Positions 26,916 to 37,642 are shown, counted from the stretch's first letter. The stretch is 64,000 bases of DNA from an uncultured SAR86 cluster bacterium (GCA_902558395.1 CACEDS010000002.1:197229-261228), one strand, 5' to 3'. Notes: generated from the sequence alone by a model not told the origin. Numbers and translations are program-made.

Positions 26916-28732
26916 TATTCACTCCATCCACAAATTCTATTTTCATTTTGGGCATCAAGCCACTCTTTTAGTGGCCTATAGTAATTCACAATAGAGCTAC
27001 CACTTAGCTTTCTTGTGCCCGTTAAATTTTCAAACGCATCTTGCCATGGAGCACTTTGCCCCATTGCCATAGTTGAGATAATTTTTTCTCCAGCATATTC
27101 GTTGCCGTAAATAGAGCATTCATGTAAAGGCCCATCAAAACCCATCCCATTGCATAATGATTCATGAAACTGATATTGCATTATCCTCGCTAAATAATAT
27201 CTAGTATATGGAGTATTTCCTGGAATGTGATATTTAGCTCCGGGGTCAAAATATTCCTCTGGCCTGTTTGATGGTGGTTTGATTCCTTGATAAGACTCTC
27301 TTAAATCCCACCATGATTGATTTAATTTATCTTGTCCAGTTTCACCATTAAAGACTCCTGCTCTCCACTTATCTAGCATTAAAGCCCAGGGAACAACAAC
27401 AACACCCTCTAGAGCTTGCTTCATTAATAAACCAATGGCATCTTCCTTCACCTCTTCTGCCTCTACCTCAGATATAAAACCAATATTTTTAAGGTAATCA
27501 GGAGTAATTGACAATGTTAGGAGGTCGCCAAATGCTTCATGGAAACCATCATTGGCTCCTCCCTGAAATAAAGTTGGTAAATGGTTATATGCTTGATAAT
27601 AAAAGATATGACCTAACTCATGATGAATAGTTATAAAGTCTTCTTCATTCTTTTCTATACACATTTTAATTCTAAGATCATTCTCTGCTGGATCTAGGTT
27701 CCAAGCTGAAGCATGACATACAACAGACCTATCTTGAGGTTTGACAAATAATGACCGTTCCCAAAAAGTGCTCGGCAGTGGCTCAAATCCCATTGATAAA
27801 AAGAAATCCTCTGCATACTCAACCATTTCAATTTCAGAAATATTTTTTTCTTCAATTATTTTAGTAACATTAACAGAACTTGCTTCTATGCTGCTTGGGT
27901 AAACAAGATCATATATATTTGACCACGATTGTCCCCACATGTTGCCAAGAAGATGAACTGGAAGTGATTCATCTAAAGATACTATTTCATCGCCATAATA
28001 TTCATTTAATTCGCCCCTTACGTGGCAATGTAATGCATCATATAAGGGCTTAACTTCATTCCAGACTCTATCAATTTCATCTAAAAATTCTTCAGCAGGC
28101 ATATCATATTTACTAAACCATAAATCGCTTAGCCCATCGTAACCAAGCTCTTCAGATCCTTGATTACCAATTTCAACCATTCTCATATAAAGAGGTCTCA
28201 TTGATTTTCCTATTTCATGCCATCCTTGCCATGCGCGAAGAAGTTCATCAGGATTTCTTGAGTTATCAATAATTTGTTCAAAAGCCTCTAAATCGTAGCA
28301 TTCGCCATCTTCAAAACAATGCTCACCCGCTCCGTACATTGCTTCAAGTTTTGTCGAAATAGAAGATAACTCTCCTGCCAACTCATCGTTAAATGGTGGA
28401 GGCATTACGAAACTACTTTTTAAAAGCTCAAGTTGTCTTCTCTGAGAAGGAGAAGTTTCTAAATCATTAAATAAAGCAGCTTTTTTTGAATCTTCAAGAG
28501 ATTTTAATGTATATCTTTTACCATAATCAGCAACAATATTTTGAGAATCAAAGGTTATAAAGTTTGATCCAATCCAATATGCAGAGCTAACAATAGGACC
28601 CTCTTTAAGATTGCTTTCTTCTACCTCATCTAAAAACAATTTTAAATCAGCTTCTGATACAGATTGTTCGCTAGTTTGACTGCAAGAAGTTACAATTGCA
28701 CTAATGGCAACTAAAGTAAAAAATTTTTTCAT
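26915..28732 (-). CDS. M2-family peptidyl-dipeptidase (angiotensin-converting-enzyme-like) lipoprotein
   Basis: Zinc motif HHELGHIFYY (HEXXH) with a downstream HEAFGD, as in ACE. Signal MKKFFTLVAISAIVTSC has a lipobox. Start set to the ATG at 28732. Confidence 0.8.
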   Translation of the reverse strand: MKKFFTLVAISAIVTSCSQTSEQSVSEADLKLFLDEVEESNLKEGPIVSSAYWIGSNFITFDSQNIVADYGKRYTLKSLEDSKKAALFNDLETSPSQRRQLELLKSSFVMPPPFNDELAGELSSISTKLEAMYGAGEHCFEDGECYDLEAFEQIIDNSRNPDELLRAWQGWHEIGKSMRPLYMRMVEIGNQGSEELGYDGLSDLWFSKYDMPAEEFLDEIDRVWNEVKPLYDALHCHVRGELNEYYGDEIVSLDESLPVHLLGNMWGQSWSNIYDLVYPSSIEASSVNVTKIIEEKNISEIEMVEYAEDFFLSMGFEPLPSTFWERSLFVKPQDRSVVCHASAWNLDPAENDLRIKMCIEKNEEDFITIHHELGHIFYYQAYNHLPTLFQGGANDGFHEAFGDLLTLSITPDYLKNIGFISEVEAEEVKEDAIGLLMKQALEGVVVVPWALMLDKWRAGVFNGETGQDKLNQSWWDLRESYQGIKPPSNRPEEYFDPGAKYHIPGNTPYTRYYLARIMQYQFHESLCNGMGFDGPLHECSIYGNEYAGEKIISTMAMGQSAPWQDAFENLTGTRKLSGSSIVNYYRPLKEWLDAQNENRICGWSE

Positions 28733-28780
28733 AGTTTTCCCCGATAACAACTAATAAAATAACATAAAAATATAAATGAT

Positions 28781-29344
28781 ATGAAGATTTCAACTAACCA
28801 ATTTAAAAATGGTACAAAGCTTTTAATAGATAATGCTCCTTGTTCGATTATTGAGCATGAATTCCATAAACCGGGTAAAGGTCAAGCTGTCATGCGAGTA
28901 AAATATAAGAATCTTCTTACTGGAAATACAAACGATAAAACATTTAAATCTGGTGAATCTGCAGAAGTAGCAGATGTAAATCATAAAGATATGGAATTTC
29001 TATACACGGATGGTGAAACTTGGCATTTCATGGATCCAAATAGTTATGAACAGATTGAGATAGGAGCAAATGAGATTGGAGATGCAAAAAAATGGCTTGT
29101 TGGCCAAGAAACATGCGAAATTATTCTTTGGGATGAAAAACCAATTCAAGTAGACCCACCTGTAAATGTAGAATTAAAAATTTTGAAATCAGAACCTGGC
29201 GTCAAGGGTGATACTGTCTCAGGTGCTACTAAACCTGCAGAGCTTGAGACTGGTGTTGTAATTCAAGTACCTCTTTTTGTTAATGAGGGTGAGATTGTAA
29301 AAGTTGATACTAGAGATGAAAGCTATCTTGGAAGAGCCAAATAA
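28781..29344 (+). CDS. efp: elongation factor P
   Basis: KPGKGQAVMRVKYKNLLTG loop with conserved Lys. 187 aa. Confidence 0.9.
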   Translation: MKISTNQFKNGTKLLIDNAPCSIIEHEFHKPGKGQAVMRVKYKNLLTGNTNDKTFKSGESAEVADVNHKDMEFLYTDGETWHFMDPNSYEQIEIGANEIGDAKKWLVGQETCEIILWDEKPIQVDPPVNVELKILKSEPGVKGDTVSGATKPAELETGVVIQVPLFVNEGEIVKVDTRDESYLGRAK

Positions 29345-31086
29345 TGATAGACACATTAAATGAAGAAATAAGTAAATTTTTGTCTTCATTTTTAAATACT
29401 GAAGATGAAAAATTAAGTCTAATAGAAAAAAAATGCTCATCTACTATTACTGATGATTTAGATAAGGGCCATATAACCTCGAATGTTTGCATGATAGCTG
29501 GAAGCATTTTAAAAAAGAATCCAAAAAAAATAGCTGATGCTTTGGTTGAATGGTTAAAAAAAACAGATAACTTCCACGAGATTGAATCTGCCGGTCCCGG
29601 ATTTATAAATGTTACTCTTAAAAGATCAGATTTTATTGCCACGGTTGATAAAATTAATGAGGACTCAAAAAAATTTGGTGAATCGGATTATGGGAAAGAT
29701 AAATCAATTCAAATTGAGTTCGTTTCAGCAAACCCAACGGGCCCTTTGCATGTTGGACATGGAAGAGGGGCTGCTTACGGAGATGCAATAGGCAGAATTC
29801 TCTCATCCTCTGGCTATAAAGTTCAGAAAGAATACTATATCAATGATGCTGGAAGACAAATGGATATTCTTACAGCTAGTGTATTTGTAAGAATCTTTGA
29901 GAGTGAGTTAGATAATTTTTTTCCAAGAAATGCATATAAGGGGTCATATATTTCTGAAATTGCTATGGCATTCAGAGATAAAAATAATTGCAGCCTAAAT
30001 ACTGATGGGCATGCTCTTATAAAAGACTTGCCTAAAGATCAAGAAAAAGAAATAGATGAATTAATACTTAGAATAAAAAATACTTATGAAGCATGGCCTA
30101 AAATAAAATCTTTTGCTTTAGACGAGGTTTTAAAAACTATAAAAGAAGATCTTGAGAGTTTTAATGTATCTTTTGACAATTGGTATAGCGAATCCAGTCT
30201 CGGGAGTTTAGATGATAAAAATTCTAAAATTAAAAAAGCTATAGATACGCTTATTGCAAGTAAACTTGCTTACGAAGATAACGGCGCCATCTGGTTAGAC
30301 ACTAGCAAAAGTGGTGATGATAAAAATAGAGTTTTAATAAGAGATGATGGAAGAGCAACTTATTTTGCGTCCGATGTTGCTTACCATAAAGATAAGATAG
30401 ATAGAGGCTTTGATAAATTAATAAATGTTTGGGGAGCTGATCATCACGGCTATATAAAAAGAATTGAAGCATCAATTGAAGGTCTTGGCTTTGATAAAGA
30501 AAAATTAGATGTCCAACTTGTGCAGTTTGCAAATCTCTTCAAGGATGGAAGTAAGGTAAAAATGTCCACAAGATCTGGTGATTTCTTTTCTTTGGCTGAC
30601 CTAATTAGCGAAATTGGTACTGACGCTTCCAGATTTTATTATCTTTCAAAACAAGCAGATCAGCATTTAGATTTTGATTTAGACCTAGCTAAGGCAGATA
30701 GCAAAGAAAATATTTTCTACTACATACAATATGCTCATGCACGAATATGTTCGTTATTAAGAAAATATACTGATAGCCATGGCTCAATGCCAGAAAATGC
30801 AAGCGCAATAAGCGGTGGCTCTTATTATAATTGTGATGAATTGATTCATGAAATGAGCAAATACCCCCATGTAGTTTTAAGAGCATCTATATCTCTTCAA
30901 CCTCATTTAATTATTTACTACTTAAAAGACTTTGCTCATAGCTTCCACAGTTTTTACAACGATAATCAAGTTTTAACAGAATCTAAAGAAAATATAGATT
31001 CAATAGTTTTTTGTTTAAATGCAGCCAAAATAGTTATTGCTAACGGGCTCAAACTTTTAGGGATAGAGCCAATAGAAAAAATGTAA
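29344..31086 (+). CDS. argS: arginine--tRNA ligase
   Basis: SANPTGPLHVGHGRGA (HIGH region) and the MSTRSG motif. 580 aa. Confidence 0.9.
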   Translation: MIDTLNEEISKFLSSFLNTEDEKLSLIEKKCSSTITDDLDKGHITSNVCMIAGSILKKNPKKIADALVEWLKKTDNFHEIESAGPGFINVTLKRSDFIATVDKINEDSKKFGESDYGKDKSIQIEFVSANPTGPLHVGHGRGAAYGDAIGRILSSSGYKVQKEYYINDAGRQMDILTASVFVRIFESELDNFFPRNAYKGSYISEIAMAFRDKNNCSLNTDGHALIKDLPKDQEKEIDELILRIKNTYEAWPKIKSFALDEVLKTIKEDLESFNVSFDNWYSESSLGSLDDKNSKIKKAIDTLIASKLAYEDNGAIWLDTSKSGDDKNRVLIRDDGRATYFASDVAYHKDKIDRGFDKLINVWGADHHGYIKRIEASIEGLGFDKEKLDVQLVQFANLFKDGSKVKMSTRSGDFFSLADLISEIGTDASRFYYLSKQADQHLDFDLDLAKADSKENIFYYIQYAHARICSLLRKYTDSHGSMPENASAISGGSYYNCDELIHEMSKYPHVVLRASISLQPHLIIYYLKDFAHSFHSFYNDNQVLTESKENIDSIVFCLNAAKIVIANGLKLLGIEPIEKM

Positions 31087-31091
31087 ATGGC

Positions 31092-31625
31092 ATGAAAGAC
31101 TACGCTAATAGAAATAAATCTAGAAAAAGAAACATCACAAGAAAAAAAACTGTATTTAGATCTAAAAAAGATCACAGTCCTCTTATATCAAAAAACATAA
31201 TTTCTGGAATTATATTATTAGCATTAGCTCTAGGATCTGTTTCATTACTATATTTTGATACAGACGTTTCTAGCATTAAACCAAGAGAAAGTTCTAATAA
31301 AATTAAAATAGATTTTCCGACATCTCTTACTAAAAATTCCGTTCTTATAGAAACAGAATCAGAAGAAAATTTCCTTTCCTGCGAGTACTTTGTTCAAATT
31401 GGGGCATATGGCAATAAGAAATATGCTTATGAAGCAAAAGATATCCTAAATGAAATTGAGCTCATTACTATTAATGAAATATATAGCAGCTCAAAACCTG
31501 GCAAGCTATTGCATAGTGTTATAACTGGTCCCTATGAAAACAGATCAGCTGCAAATAACATAAAAGAAAAAATAACAAACAGGGGTTTTGATCCTCAATT
31601 AAGAACCTTATGCGAAAAGAATTAG
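31092..31625 (+). CDS. SPOR domain-containing (FtsN-like) protein
   Basis: Basic N-terminus, one TM helix, and a C-terminal SPOR-like domain (YFVQIGAYGNKKYAYEAKDIL...ITGPYENRSAANN). Confidence 0.7.
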   Translation: MKDYANRNKSRKRNITRKKTVFRSKKDHSPLISKNIISGIILLALALGSVSLLYFDTDVSSIKPRESSNKIKIDFPTSLTKNSVLIETESEENFLSCEYFVQIGAYGNKKYAYEAKDILNEIELITINEIYSSSKPGKLLHSVITGPYENRSAANNIKEKITNRGFDPQLRTLCEKN

Positions 31626-32281
31626 AAACAAATATTAATTCTCTTGAACTCAAAATTGCTAAAGCAAGTAAAACTGTATCTAAAAACCTGGGTGACATTT
31701 TCTTAATTGCGGTATCAAAGAAAAAAAACATTGAGCATATTAGAACAGCCCAAAATTTAGGTATAAATAATTTTGGGGAAAATTATGCAAAAGAACTTGA
31801 AGAAAAAGCCAATAATATTGATGGGTATGTATGCTGGCATTTTATAGGACCTACTCAATCTAATAAGGCAAAAATTATTGCTAAACATGCTGACTGGATA
31901 CACACAATTGATAGAAAAAAAATAGCAGACAAAATAAATGAAGAGTGTAAAAAGATTAATAAAATTATAAATGCCTGCATTCAGGTTAATATTTCAAACG
32001 AGTCAACAAAATCAGGAATTAATCCTGAAAACCTTATGGATTTTGCTAAATATGTTGATTCTATGGAAAATATTAATTTAAAAGGCATAATGGTTCTCCC
32101 AAGTTTGGGTGAAAATAATAAAAAACAGATGCAAGACTCAAAATTGCTTCATGAAGAGCTGATATCAGTTTTTCCTCATGCAGAATACTTGTCGATGGGA
32201 ACAACTAATGATTTTGAGACCGCGATTGTATCTGGCTCTAATATGATTAGAGTTGGTGAGTTAATTTTTGGCAAAAGGTAA
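31610..32281 (+). CDS. yggS: YggS-family PLP homeostasis protein
   Basis: LIAVSKKK (PLP-binding Lys), FGENYAKEL and HFIGPTQSNK. Confidence 0.85.
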   Translation: MRKELETNINSLELKIAKASKTVSKNLGDIFLIAVSKKKNIEHIRTAQNLGINNFGENYAKELEEKANNIDGYVCWHFIGPTQSNKAKIIAKHADWIHTIDRKKIADKINEECKKINKIINACIQVNISNESTKSGINPENLMDFAKYVDSMENINLKGIMVLPSLGENNKKQMQDSKLLHEELISVFPHAEYLSMGTTNDFETAIVSGSNMIRVGELIFGKR

Positions 32282-33072
32282 TGAAAAAAATAGTTTTTTA
32301 TGGATCAGGGAATATATCTCAAGCTCTAATATCGGGTTTACTATCGGCTGGATACAAGAAAAATCTTATAGAGTTTATTGATAGAAATAAAATAAACTCA
32401 AGGAAAACTAAAAAACTCGGAGCAAAAAAAACTAATCTCAAAACTATTGATACAAAATCAATTATTTTTTTGGGGGTCAAACCAAAAGATGCCATGAATG
32501 CATATGCTGAAATATGTGCAGTAGTAAAAAAACCAAAAATTGTATCCCTGGTTGCTGGCATAAAATCAAATAAATACTTATCTGAATCTAAAGATGTTGA
32601 ACTTATCAGAGCCATGCCAAACACCTCATCTCAATTCAATAAAGGCATAACCGCCATCTGTAATTGCAATGCAAATAAAACAACTTTTAATCAAGTATCC
32701 TCAATATTTAAAAAAGTAGGCACTACTGTAGATATTACCAAAGAGAATCAAATTGATGATTTTACTGGACTAATTGGCAGCGGTCCTGCCTACTTCTTCT
32801 ATCTTTTAAAAGTATATGAAAAAAGAATCTTAAAACTCTGCGATGGGGATAAATTAAAAAAAGATACTATTATTTGTAATTTGTTGGAAGGGGTTTCATT
32901 TTCAATTAATGATAATAGTAATCTTGATGAACTAATTGCCTCAGTTGCTTCAAAAAAAGGAACAACCGAAGCTGGTTTAAAAAGTTTTAAATCATCAAAA
33001 TTATCTCAAAATTTTGAAAAAGGAATAGCCGCAGCAATCAAGCGAGCTAAAGATATATCAGTTGAGTTCTAA
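32281..33072 (+). CDS. proC: pyrroline-5-carboxylate reductase
   Basis: Rossmann N-terminus FYGSGNISQAL, then RAMPNTSS and SKKGTTEAGL. Confidence 0.85.
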   Translation: MKKIVFYGSGNISQALISGLLSAGYKKNLIEFIDRNKINSRKTKKLGAKKTNLKTIDTKSIIFLGVKPKDAMNAYAEICAVVKKPKIVSLVAGIKSNKYLSESKDVELIRAMPNTSSQFNKGITAICNCNANKTTFNQVSSIFKKVGTTVDITKENQIDDFTGLIGSGPAYFFYLLKVYEKRILKLCDGDKLKKDTIICNLLEGVSFSINDNSNLDELIASVASKKGTTEAGLKSFKSSKLSQNFEKGIAAAIKRAKDISVEF

Positions 33073-33074
33073 AA

Positions 33075-33587
33075 ATGAATGAATTATTAAGTCTAGGATT
33101 GGGAGTTTTAAGTTATGCATTCATTTTACTTTTTATTTTTAATTTACTGAAGATTGATTACTATAATCCAATAGTTAAGGGTTTTGTGAATATCTATAAG
33201 CCTATTTCTAGAGTATCCATTTTTTCAAATCAGCTTTATACGATATTTATTATTGCTGTTCTGCTTAGGTTTTCTAACTTTTATATTCTGTACTCATCTC
33301 AGTATGACGTATATGCCCTCGGCTTAATATCACTAATTGAGGTTTTAAATACTTCACTTACAATTTTTTTCTTTTCAGTTATTGGAGCAGTTATTCTTAG
33401 CTGGGTAGCCCCTAATAGCCCTCACCCAATGCTGCAAATCATTGAAGAAATTTCTTCAAAACTTCTTGCGCCAATTAGAAAATTTATACCTGCTGCTGGT
33501 GGGCTTGATTTTTCTCCAATATTTGCCTTAATCCTAATAAGGCAGTTAGAGATATTGCTAGCTAGTATAATTAGATCAATTATATGA
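33075..33587 (+). CDS. yggT: YggT family membrane protein
   Basis: Position after proC; 4-5 TM helices; LDFSPIFALI motif. Confidence 0.75.
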   Translation: MNELLSLGLGVLSYAFILLFIFNLLKIDYYNPIVKGFVNIYKPISRVSIFSNQLYTIFIIAVLLRFSNFYILYSSQYDVYALGLISLIEVLNTSLTIFFFSVIGAVILSWVAPNSPHPMLQIIEEISSKLLAPIRKFIPAAGGLDFSPIFALILIRQLEILLASIIRSII

Positions 33588-34681
33588 AAACGAAAACCGA
33601 ACTAATTAAATTTAATCAAGGCTTAGATCTAGAGTCAGGAGCAAGACTAAATACATTTGATCTGATGGTTGAGACATATGGTGAGCTGAATAAAGATAAA
33701 GATAATGCAATCTTGGTATGTCATGCATTTTCAGGAAATCACCGTGCTGCAGGCAAATCATCTGATAACGAAGCTTTGGGTTGGTGGGATGAGGTTATTG
33801 GTTCAGGAAAAGCAATTGACACCGATAAATTTTTTGTTGTTTGTTCTAATAATTTAGGCGGCTGCTCTGGCTCATCTGGACCACTTAGTCTTAATCCTGA
33901 AACTAATAAATTATATGGGAAAGATTTTCCATTAGTCTCGGTAACAGACTGGGTAAACTCGCAAAAACTTTTATCTGATTATTTAGGTATTTCTAAATGG
34001 CATATGGTTGCAGGCGGAAGTCTTGGCGGTATGCAAGCTCTTCAATGGGCTATTTCATATCCCAACAAACTTAAAAAAGCAGGTATATTTGCAACAGCAA
34101 CAAAATCTAGTACTCAAAACATAGCTATGAACGAGGTTGGAAGGGAAGCTATAAGAAAAGATAAGAATTTTATGGAGGGTGATTATCTTAATCATAATGT
34201 AAAACCAAAAAGTGGGCTAAAGACAGCACGAATGCTTGGTCACATAACATATTCTTCTGAAGATATTATGGATCAAAAATTTGGTAGAAAATTTCAAGAT
34301 ATAAAGTCGAAAATAGAAGGAACAGTTGACTATGAGGTTGAAAATTATCTTCAATATAAAGGTGAAAAGTTTTCTGATACATTTGATGCAAATAGCTATA
34401 TTTTAATGACTAAGGCAATGGATGGTTATGATGCGTCGTTTTCTAGCAATGGTAGCCTTGAGGAAGTTATGAAGCGCATAAAAGCCAAGTTATTAGTAGT
34501 TGGTTTTGATAGTGATTGGTTATATCCACCAAAAAGAAGTAAAGAAATTCAACTGGCCGCAATGAATGTTGATGTTCAGTGTTCTTGTGTAATTTTAAAG
34601 GGCGAGCAAGGTCATGATAGTTTTTTATTTGCATCTGACAGATACGTTAAAATTATTAAAGGGTTTTTAGATTCAAAATGA
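33584..34681 (+). CDS. metX: homoserine O-acyltransferase
   Basis: VCHAFSGNH, nucleophile GGSLGGMQALQWA and GHDSFL. Confidence 0.85.
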   Translation: MKTKTELIKFNQGLDLESGARLNTFDLMVETYGELNKDKDNAILVCHAFSGNHRAAGKSSDNEALGWWDEVIGSGKAIDTDKFFVVCSNNLGGCSGSSGPLSLNPETNKLYGKDFPLVSVTDWVNSQKLLSDYLGISKWHMVAGGSLGGMQALQWAISYPNKLKKAGIFATATKSSTQNIAMNEVGREAIRKDKNFMEGDYLNHNVKPKSGLKTARMLGHITYSSEDIMDQKFGRKFQDIKSKIEGTVDYEVENYLQYKGEKFSDTFDANSYILMTKAMDGYDASFSSNGSLEEVMKRIKAKLLVVGFDSDWLYPPKRSKEIQLAAMNVDVQCSCVILKGEQGHDSFLFASDRYVKIIKGFLDSK

Positions 34682-35271
34682 ATACTTCGCTCATACACAT
34701 CATAAAAAAATGGGTTCCAGAAAAAAGTAAAGTTATTGATTTTGGTTGTGGTGATGGATCTTTATTGAAAGACTTAATTGATGAAAAGAAAATACGTGGT
34801 TATGGTGTAGAAATTGATCATAATAAAATCCAAGAATGTATTCATAAAGGTATATCTGTTATAGAAAAAGATATAGACGAGGGTATTCAAGACTTTGAGT
34901 CATGCAATTTTGATGTTGCTGTAATGGCAAGCTCAATTCAGTGCCTTAAAGAACCACACCTGGCTTTAAGAAAAATGCTTAAGCTGTCAAAACAATGCAT
35001 TGTTACTCTCCCAAATTTAGGTTTTTGGAAGTGTAGACTTGATTTAGCCCAAGGCAGAATGCCGGTTACACCTAATCTTCCATCAAGCTGGTATGAAACT
35101 AAAAACTTACATCTTTGTACAATCAAAGATTTTGAAACACTGTGTTTTGAAGAGGGTTTTGTTATTAACGAAAAGTTTTTTCTTGATGATAAAGGCGCTA
35201 AGAGCGCTATGGCTTCAACATTTCCAAATACTTTTGCCTCCGAGGGAATTTATCTAATTGCTAAAAAATAA
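34678..35271 (+). CDS. metW: methionine biosynthesis protein MetW
   Basis: VIDFGCGDGSLL methyltransferase-like motif. Directly coupled to metX. Confidence 0.85.
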   Translation: MNTSLIHIIKKWVPEKSKVIDFGCGDGSLLKDLIDEKKIRGYGVEIDHNKIQECIHKGISVIEKDIDEGIQDFESCNFDVAVMASSIQCLKEPHLALRKMLKLSKQCIVTLPNLGFWKCRLDLAQGRMPVTPNLPSSWYETKNLHLCTIKDFETLCFEEGFVINEKFFLDDKGAKSAMASTFPNTFASEGIYLIAKK

Positions 35272-35854
35272 TAAAGTTCTTCTTGCTTCGTCTAATCAAG
35301 GAAAAATAAGGGAATTCAAAAAAATTTTTAAGGGCTTTGATTTTATATCTCAAGAAGATTTGGGAATTGATGATGCTGTTGAGGACGGAATTTCTTTTTT
35401 TGAAAATGCATTAAAAAAAGCTAGACATGGTTCAAATAAATCAGGACTCTTAACAATTGCTGATGATTCTGGATTGGTTGTGCCAGAATTAGATTATGAA
35501 CCAGGAATCTATTCAGCAAGATACGCAGGTGAAGGAGCCTCAGATAAAGATAATAGAGATAAAATTATTGATCAATTAAACAAAAAAAATGTCTCATCTC
35601 TTGAGGCCTTTTATATATGTGTCTTAGTCGGTGTTCGCTCAGATTTAGACCCCATCCCTCTTTACTCTGTCGGTGAAATTCATGGAAGAGTATCAACAAA
35701 AAGTTCAGGCGATGGAGGTTTTGGCTATGACAAAATTTTTTATCCAAATGGATATGATGTATCTATGGCATCTATTGACCCTGAAGAAAAAAATAAAATA
35801 AGTCATAGAGCCGTTGCTGCAAGATCATTTATTAAAGAGCTTGAAAAACTTTAA
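35258..35854 (+). CDS. rdgB: dITP/XTP pyrophosphatase (non-canonical purine NTPase)
   Basis: LASSNQGKIREF, IADDSGL, FGYDKIF and SHR. Confidence 0.85.
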   Translation: MLKNNKVLLASSNQGKIREFKKIFKGFDFISQEDLGIDDAVEDGISFFENALKKARHGSNKSGLLTIADDSGLVVPELDYEPGIYSARYAGEGASDKDNRDKIIDQLNKKNVSSLEAFYICVLVGVRSDLDPIPLYSVGEIHGRVSTKSSGDGGFGYDKIFYPNGYDVSMASIDPEEKNKISHRAVAARSFIKELEKL

Positions 35855-36974
35855 TCCAAATAAAGTACCTATATCGCTTTATATTCATCTACCCTGGTGT
35901 GAGAAAAGATGTCCCTACTGTGACTTCAATATCAATACAAATAAATTAGACGGAGATGAAGAAAGGCTATTGGTTGCTCTTAATCAGGATTTAAAAGACT
36001 CAATGAAATATATTCAAAAAAGAAAATTCTGCTCTATTTACTTTGGGGGCGGAACGCCGTCATTGGTATCTTCAAAGATAATAAAAAAAATTATCAAAAA
36101 TTTAAAAGACATCGGCCTTTTAAAAAAAGAATGTGAAATTAGCTTTGAATTAAATCCAAAAGAGGTCACTTGCTCTTACATAGATGAAATTATTGCTGCT
36201 GGGGTTAATAGAATTTCAATAGGTATACAAAGTTTTGATCAAGAAGTGTTGGGTAGCTTGGAAAGAAACCATAATGCGAATGATAGTTATCAAGCAATTA
36301 AAATTGCTTCTGGGTTTAAAAACATCAATATTTCAATTGATTTAATTTATGGAATTATGAACCAATCAATTAATTCTCTAAAACAAGATATTGAAGTATT
36401 CTGCAAAAATAAAATTGATCACTTATCTCTGTACCAACTAACGATTGAACCCAATACAATTTTTTATAAAAAAGAATTAAATATTCCATCTGATAAGACC
36501 ATAGAGACAATGGAATTGGCTGCAAAAGATATTCTTAATCAAAATAATATTTTTCAGTATGAGGTTTCATCATGGTCGAAAAATAACAAAGTAAGTAAAC
36601 ATAATATGAATTATTGGCTATACGGTGATTATCTTGGCATAGGCCCAGGTGCACACAGTAAAATTACAACAGAAAATTCAATAACAAGGATGATTAAATT
36701 AAAAAAAGTTGAATCTTATATCAATAATCCTTCGAAGATAAAAATTATTAAAATAGATGACGCATCATATGATCTTGATCTTGCAATGAATGTCTTGAGA
36801 GTTAAAAACGGCACTTCATTAAAAGATCTTGAGAAAAGAGGCGTTTATATACCCGATACTTTTAAAGAAAAATTATTTATGGGTTATAAAAAGGGTTTAA
36901 TAGAAAAAAACTTAATTAAGGCAACCGATCAAGGATATAAGTTTCTAAACGACACCGTAAATAATTTTAACTAG
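35814..36974 (+). CDS. hemW: radical SAM heme chaperone HemW
   Basis: LYIHLPWCEKRCPYCDF (CxxxCxxC) and YFGGGTPS. The true start is uncertain because the ORF overlaps rdgB by 41 nt. Confidence 0.8.
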   Translation: MLQDHLLKSLKNFNPNKVPISLYIHLPWCEKRCPYCDFNINTNKLDGDEERLLVALNQDLKDSMKYIQKRKFCSIYFGGGTPSLVSSKIIKKIIKNLKDIGLLKKECEISFELNPKEVTCSYIDEIIAAGVNRISIGIQSFDQEVLGSLERNHNANDSYQAIKIASGFKNINISIDLIYGIMNQSINSLKQDIEVFCKNKIDHLSLYQLTIEPNTIFYKKELNIPSDKTIETMELAAKDILNQNNIFQYEVSSWSKNNKVSKHNMNYWLYGDYLGIGPGAHSKITTENSITRMIKLKKVESYINNPSKIKIIKIDDASYDLDLAMNVLRVKNGTSLKDLEKRGVYIPDTFKEKLFMGYKKGLIEKNLIKATDQGYKFLNDTVNNFN

Positions 36975-37615
36975 CTTTTCTTTAGCGAAAAGGGATAAAT
37001 TTTTCTACCCTCCTCTACAGCCCTTTGCTGGAACTTAGTTAACATTATATTTTCATAAGGAGATGAGCTTAAAACTTTGAAATCTAAATTTTGATTAATA
37101 GATTCATCGATTGATTCAGCATAATTCTCCCAATCTGTTGACATAAAAAGGTAACCATCTGAATTTAAAACTTTATAAATTGAATCTAAAAAATCTGAGT
37201 TTATCATTCGCCTTTTATGGTGTTTTAACTTGGGCCATGGGTCGGGGCATATTATTAAAACTTCATCAAAGATTGATTCATTAATTTCCTCTATTAATAA
37301 TCTTATATCCCCGGTCACTAATCTAATATTGGCAAGCTCATTATCATTAATTGCTCCAAGAACCTGCCCAATTCCAGCCATATACACTTCTGAACCTATG
37401 TATAAATTTTGTGGATTTTCTTTAGCTAAGTTTATAAGATTCTCTCCATTACCAAATCCTATTTCTAAAATAATTCTTTTAAAGTTATTTTTCTCGAGAA
37501 GTATTTGATCATGAGAAGTTACATGATATTTATGTAAAGAATTTAAGTTATCTTCTTGGCTTTTAGTTATACGCCCCTTTCTTTGAACAAAAGATGGAAG
37601 AAATTTGTTGCGCAT
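36971..37615 (-). CDS. trmB: tRNA (guanine46-N7)-methyltransferase
   Basis: LEIGFGNGE and CPDPWPKLKHHKRR. Confidence 0.85.
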   Translation of the reverse strand: MRNKFLPSFVQRKGRITKSQEDNLNSLHKYHVTSHDQILLEKNNFKRIILEIGFGNGENLINLAKENPQNLYIGSEVYMAGIGQVLGAINDNELANIRLVTGDIRLLIEEINESIFDEVLIICPDPWPKLKHHKRRMINSDFLDSIYKVLNSDGYLFMSTDWENYAESIDESINQNLDFKVLSSSPYENIMLTKFQQRAVEEGRKIYPFSLKKS

Positions 37616-37642
37616 TTAGGAGTGGAATACCAATGAATCGAA

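Noticed and set aside
26746-26958. 70-aa minus-strand ORF spanning the M2/DUF1295 junction
   Set aside because: It is out of frame with, and nested in, two well-supported genes.
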